Below are positions 59,001 through 64,000 of a DNA stretch of 64,000 nt, piece after piece (positions within the stretch are counted from its first letter, which is position 1; each line of letters opens with the position of its first letter). The notes beneath the pieces are model-generated. The model did no database searches and had not been told where the DNA came from. It saw nothing but the letters and a program-made list of their open reading frames with translations. Source of the stretch: Callorhinchus milii (taxonomy: Eukaryota); assembly GCF_018977255.1 (NCBI RefSeq), contig NW_024704743.1:55306001-55370000 (forward strand). The letters are read 5' to 3'. Made by a program: the position numbers and the translations under genes.

Positions 59001-61114
59001 CCCAGTTTGTTGCAAAATTGATAAAGGTAATCAATCAACAATTAAACTTAATCATTGCGAATTGCTGGAGTATAGGGATTTAGCTGCACCATATAGAAAT
59101 GTTATGTAAATACAATTCCTTGGATCATGAAACAAGCATTGAAGCTACTATTACTTTCACTGAAAAGGAATGAGAAAGAATTTCAATGATCTTTCTGAAA
59201 TGGTCCACAGATTCTGTCCCAACTCTCTGGAATTCCACCCTGAAATTCCTCGAAATAGTTTAGATAAATGCTGTTCTGCTGCCATTGCATATTAGTTATA
59301 AGACTAATTCCTTTCATTTTCAGTTGACAATTAATAACATCTGTTCAATAAATTACATGTATCCAGTAATAGTTGAACTAAGCATCATCATAAACAAAAA
59401 CGTATTTGACTTGAAACTTGTTTTACAAATAATAAGTTTTTGTCAGGTGCAGGTATTTTACGGTATAAATTCAACGTAATGTATTTGCTCACGCTGGATT
59501 CAAGTTCTGTTCTTTATCTTCCATTCAGTGCTAGATTTGATTGCACAAAACACAATACAGTCATTCTTTTGCTACCTGTTCTAGGATACCCCATCCTCCT
59601 CCCTCAGGATCAGTCAAGGTGATTCATGCTTAGACTCTTTGTTAAAATACAGGCCTCCTTTATTATGCAATTGACAAAAATCAATCATGCAAGCAGCATT
59701 GACATGATAAATCGATGTACTGTTGAATGAGAATCTGAACAGAAAATAGCCTTCTTCATGCAGTTCGGATAATTTTACCTGCTTTTCTTTAGATTCAGGT
59801 GGAATTGGTAATAGAATTACCTGCAATAAACCCAAAAATGTCAGTGTTCAGAAATTGTTTCCCACCATTGTTATTGCATTATGATGATATATCCAAGGTG
59901 CTTTGTAAATCATATTTGTTTCATAACTACATTTGCAAATATTTATGAACAAATTGAAAGAAAAATTCAGAGGAAGGCCATATAATATTAATTGAATCAG
60001 TATAAATTGGCAGCATTCTCATCTCTAGGTCAGAATTACTGTGTATTCAAGCCCCATGTCAGGACTTGGAACTGTTAGTATGATTTTGCTGTGTGCAAAT
60101 TAGCTGCAGGAAAATATACACAGTCACTACAATATCATTTAGTGTGTGAATCCCTTTGAGATGCATATCAAATGCAAGGATTATTTTTAATATGATTATT
60201 TTTCCTGTAAGACATTAACCAAGGCCCCATCTACCTGTTCAGGTAGATGTTAAAAATGTGTGCAAATCGGTCTACAAATACACAGTTACTACATTTTATA
60301 GTAAATTTTGTGAAGTACTTTGAAATATTTCAATGACAAGGTGATAAGGTTCTATATCAAATGTCAGGATTATTCTAATTATCACATACTGCTTGTCTCC
60401 CCTCCACTCATTTTACCAAAATTGACTGTACATTTTCATTATATGAATGAGAAGTGCACTGATTTATCCCTGTTTCAGAATTCAGGGTACCTTTTGGATG
60501 TTAAATGCACAATAACCACCATTTCAGACGAATGTCTGAAATTCTCAAATGTTACAGTATGCACGCAATAATTTAGATGAGGCTTGGACACAATAGCAGT
60601 TGTATTTAAAAGGGCATTAGGAACATTGGTAGGAACTTATCTGTTCTTTTTTTGTGATCTACTGTGAATCGCTCTTTTCAACACTGGGATCAACTTTCCT
60701 TTCCAATGTATTAAATTATCTTTTGTGCCAAAGGGACATACATTCTTGGACACCCAATAAATGTTTCTACATATCTAGTAACTCACAGTAAGACTGACTG
60801 CAACAAATTCACTTGATTCAATCTCTTACAGTCTGGGAACCCCAGAGTATTCTTCAGTAAAACCTGCACCAGCTTTTTCAGCAGATATTTGACCTAGAGT
60901 TGAGTGGCTGTCCCCAAATTATCTAGATTTAAAAAGAGAGAATGCAAGTCACAAACACAGCACAGTCTTCTAATGAATGTACAAAAGAATTTAGATTGTC
61001 TACAATACATCATTGGGTCGACTTGGGCCAGTCAAGCTAAGCAGATAGAAAGACTGTTGGACAAATGCATATCAACAGTTACATGTCACAGGAAAGCTTT
61101 CACAATCCTACAAT

Positions 61115-61496
61115 AATAATAAATAATAATAATCCTTCCATTTTATATACTGCCTTATCACATCATCTAGACATCTTAAAGTGCTTCACAGGATTTTACT
61201 GTGAAGTGTAATGACTATTTTGTAGATGAATGCGACAGCCAATTTGCACACATTAATGTTCTACAAACGATCATGAAGAGAGTGATCACATTTTTGTTTT
61301 CTGGAGGGATTATTACCCCCAGAAAGCAATCCGCCAATTGACTGACAACCGGGTTCCTACTTACTGCTAGGTGAACAGGTGTGTTGAGTAAGGAAGCTTG
61401 CCTAAGGTTTCGCTCTTCCCGGGAATTGAACCCCTCTAGCTTCCAAGGCAAGCACGTTAACCACTAAGTTTATAATGGTTAGCTATATAGGACTCC
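61115..61496 (-). mobile_element. Family B SINE, long form, full length
   Basis: Reverse-complement homologue of 33041-33423. Confidence 0.85.
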
Positions 61497-62379
61497 ATAT
61501 TTCAGTGTTTCACTGAATTGATTCAAGAAACAATTATTATTAAACTTTTCTTATTATTAAATAAATATAATAAATTATGCTTGTATTTGGTATGGCACCT
61601 TTCATGTCTGGAGGACATCCCAAAGCACTTCACAGGATTTCCTGTGAAGGGGAGTGACTGTGTATTTGTAGGTGATTTCAATTCAGATCCACCCCGTTTC
61701 CAAAGCCATTCCTCAGGAACTTCTGAGTCTAATTCTTCTGTGTAGCCAGAGGGTGATTCTTGTTAGTTTGTTCACTTTGACTAACAATTTACGTTCTACC
61801 CAAGTCTTCGAAGAGCAACTTTCTGTGAAGTATTTCCCTGATCACAATCTAGAAATTAAATAAACAGGCGTGAATACTGGCTCCACTTCATTCCAACGCC
61901 ACTTTGATGGATCAGTGATTTCATTGTTGTTCTTCCTCCTCCGTATGCTTTACAAAATAAGTTTCTCACCGGTCGGTGTCCTGGCCAATAATCCCACAAA
62001 TAAAATTGGTTCTTCACTTCATAGCTGTTTATGGTGCATTGCTGTATGAAAATCGGCTGTCCTGGTCCCCTACAAATACACAGTTACTCCACTTTATAGT
62101 AAATTGTGTGAAACACTTTGGGATAATAATAATAATAATCCTTGCATTTGATATAGCACCTTATCATGTCATTGAGACATCTCAAGGTGCTCCACAGAAT
62201 ATATTATAAACTAGTTTGACTGTGTATTTTGTGGTCCAAAATTGGTGATGTGATAAGGTGGTCTATCAAATTCCAAGATCTTCATTGTTATTTCATAAGT
62301 GCTCATAGCTTTACATATAGGTAAACAGTCCCACCAGCAGCCAGGTTTTAAATTGGCCTGGGGTCAATAACAGTATGAG

Positions 62380-62620
62380 ATGTAAAAAAGTGCTTCACAC
62401 AACTGACCGGGATTCCGAGTTGTGGGAGGGAGGAACTTTGGGGAAAATTTCAGGCAATTAGTTTGGTCTTAAGGTGGGTATTGAAAGCGTGGAGGATGGG
62501 GGCAGCATGAAAGGGCCCCGATGAGCAAGGGCAGAATGGCTGAAAGCTCGCCAACTGATTTTGGAGTGATGGATCGGGCGGGGATATGAAACAGGCCATT
62601 GTTTGCTGAGCGAGGGGAGT
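62380..62620 (-). mobile_element. Old L2 3' fragment
   Basis: Decayed LKT.L region and tail on the minus strand. Confidence 0.55.
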
Positions 62621-63589
62621 ACTACTGTGCAGAATTGTGTCTACGTGTGTGCCCATAAACATTGTGTACTGTGTAAATAGGGTTAGGCTGCAAGTGGCAG
62701 GTGGCAGCTAACCAAGACTAATAGCCACTTTAGTTCATTTTGGCGGCAATTTCCACCATTTAGTCAGAAAGTTGAGGAATCAAGCGCCATATCAGCTGAC
62801 ACTCCTTATTGCATTTTGTTCAAGGTCAGTCTGAAGACCTACTTCTTTGACCACACTTTCTGTCACCTTTTCCCTACCCATCCCCACCCCCATCCCTCTC
62901 AGCTCCCGGACGGATTCAGCTTGGATTCAAATAAGATTGTTAAGCATCTTGAGATTGTTCTAGAAATGGAAGGTGCTATATAAATATAAATTTGTATTGT
63001 ATTGCACTTTCAAAGCTGCTACCTTATTTGTTTGTTCAAGTGGATGTTAAGAAGATCCTGGGCTCTATATCAAATAGCTGAGTGTTCTGGCACCCTGGCC
63101 AATCTTCTGAATAAAATTAGTTATTCATCATGTTTTGAAATAATGAATGGTCACTTAAGCAGAGTACTTTGGGGTGCCCATGGAATCGTAGACAAGGATG
63201 AGTCAGTGCTTTCAGGAAAGAAGGAGAAAAATTGTCAGGGACAATGTTTGGCTAGTCTCAACCATCTTCCTAGTGATGGTGTAGGCCAACAGCACAAAAA
63301 TACTCACAATCGAATACAAATAGATGGTAAACTAGGAACCTTACTTAAGAAATCTTAAGGATAGATGATGAAGAATGTGGAAACACTAGCGTTAGTGTAG
63401 AAGGCATCTCTTAAGAGGATAAAATTGGATAGAATATAGGACGCTTTAGCGTGTGACTAGAGGGCATCAATTAATGACAGTTAGAAAACAAGCAAACATG
63501 GAGGTTAGGAGAATTGTTTTTCATTCAGACTAGTTTTGTCCTATAAATTTTTATGGTTTGATGCAGTTGTAACATCTTACACTAATAAT

Positions 63590-63950
63590 GATACTAATAA
63601 TCTTTGCATTTGATATAGGGCCTTATCACATTGTTGAGACATCTCAAAGCGCTCACAGAATATATTGTACAGTGTGTATTTTGTGGGCGAAACACACAGA
63701 AGCCAATTACGCACAGCAGTGTCCCACAAACAGTAATAAAGTGAATTACCAATTTTATTTATTTATATATTTATTTTGGAGTGATCAATACCTCCGGAAT
63801 GCAATTCGCCAATTGACTAACAACTGGGTTCCTACTTACTGCGAGGTTAACATAGGTGCGTGGAGTAAGGAAACTTGCTAAGGTTTCGGCCCACCTGGGA
63901 GTCAAACCTGGGTCCTCTCGCTTGTGAGGCGAGCACACTAACCAAAACTC
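63590..63950 (-). mobile_element. Family B SINE, long form
   Basis: gggttcctacttactgc, ggagtaaggaaacttg and tRNA-like head ctcgcttgtgaggcgagc. Confidence 0.85.
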
Positions 63951-64000
63951 TACGAGATTCCACAATGCCAAGATACAGACGGACACACACACACAGACAT

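Noticed and set aside
46165..64000. Second AGR paralogue (AGR2) expected downstream
   Set aside because: I found no exons with GWGD, KPLM, YVPR or TVRAD motifs in this stretch; it may lie beyond the window.

Overview
Repeat-rich vertebrate genomic DNA, probably from a cartilaginous fish (inferred only from the repeat families). One host gene is supported: a complete + strand anterior-gradient/PDI-family gene, most likely AGR3, with 7 coding exons: join(35335..35440,36920..36983,38418..38470,41364..41440,43262..43325,45000..45083,46115..46164). It encodes 165 aa: [165 protein letters not shown]. The protein has a full dithiol CPHC site (human AGR2 CPHS, AGR3 CQYS) and ends in QLEL. Its promoter combines forkhead, CRE-like, RFX X-box, TATA and Inr motifs. 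The rest of the window is L2 and CR1 LINE fragments (one L2 with an uninterrupted, 5'-truncated RT ORF), several tRNA-derived SINE families, two candidate solo LTRs, a MITE and a Penelope-like remnant. There are also several local duplications and nested inverted repeats. Exon boundaries were read base by base; repeat boundaries are approximate, and family names come from recognition, not database searches. No prokaryote-type system (CRISPR etc.) is present.
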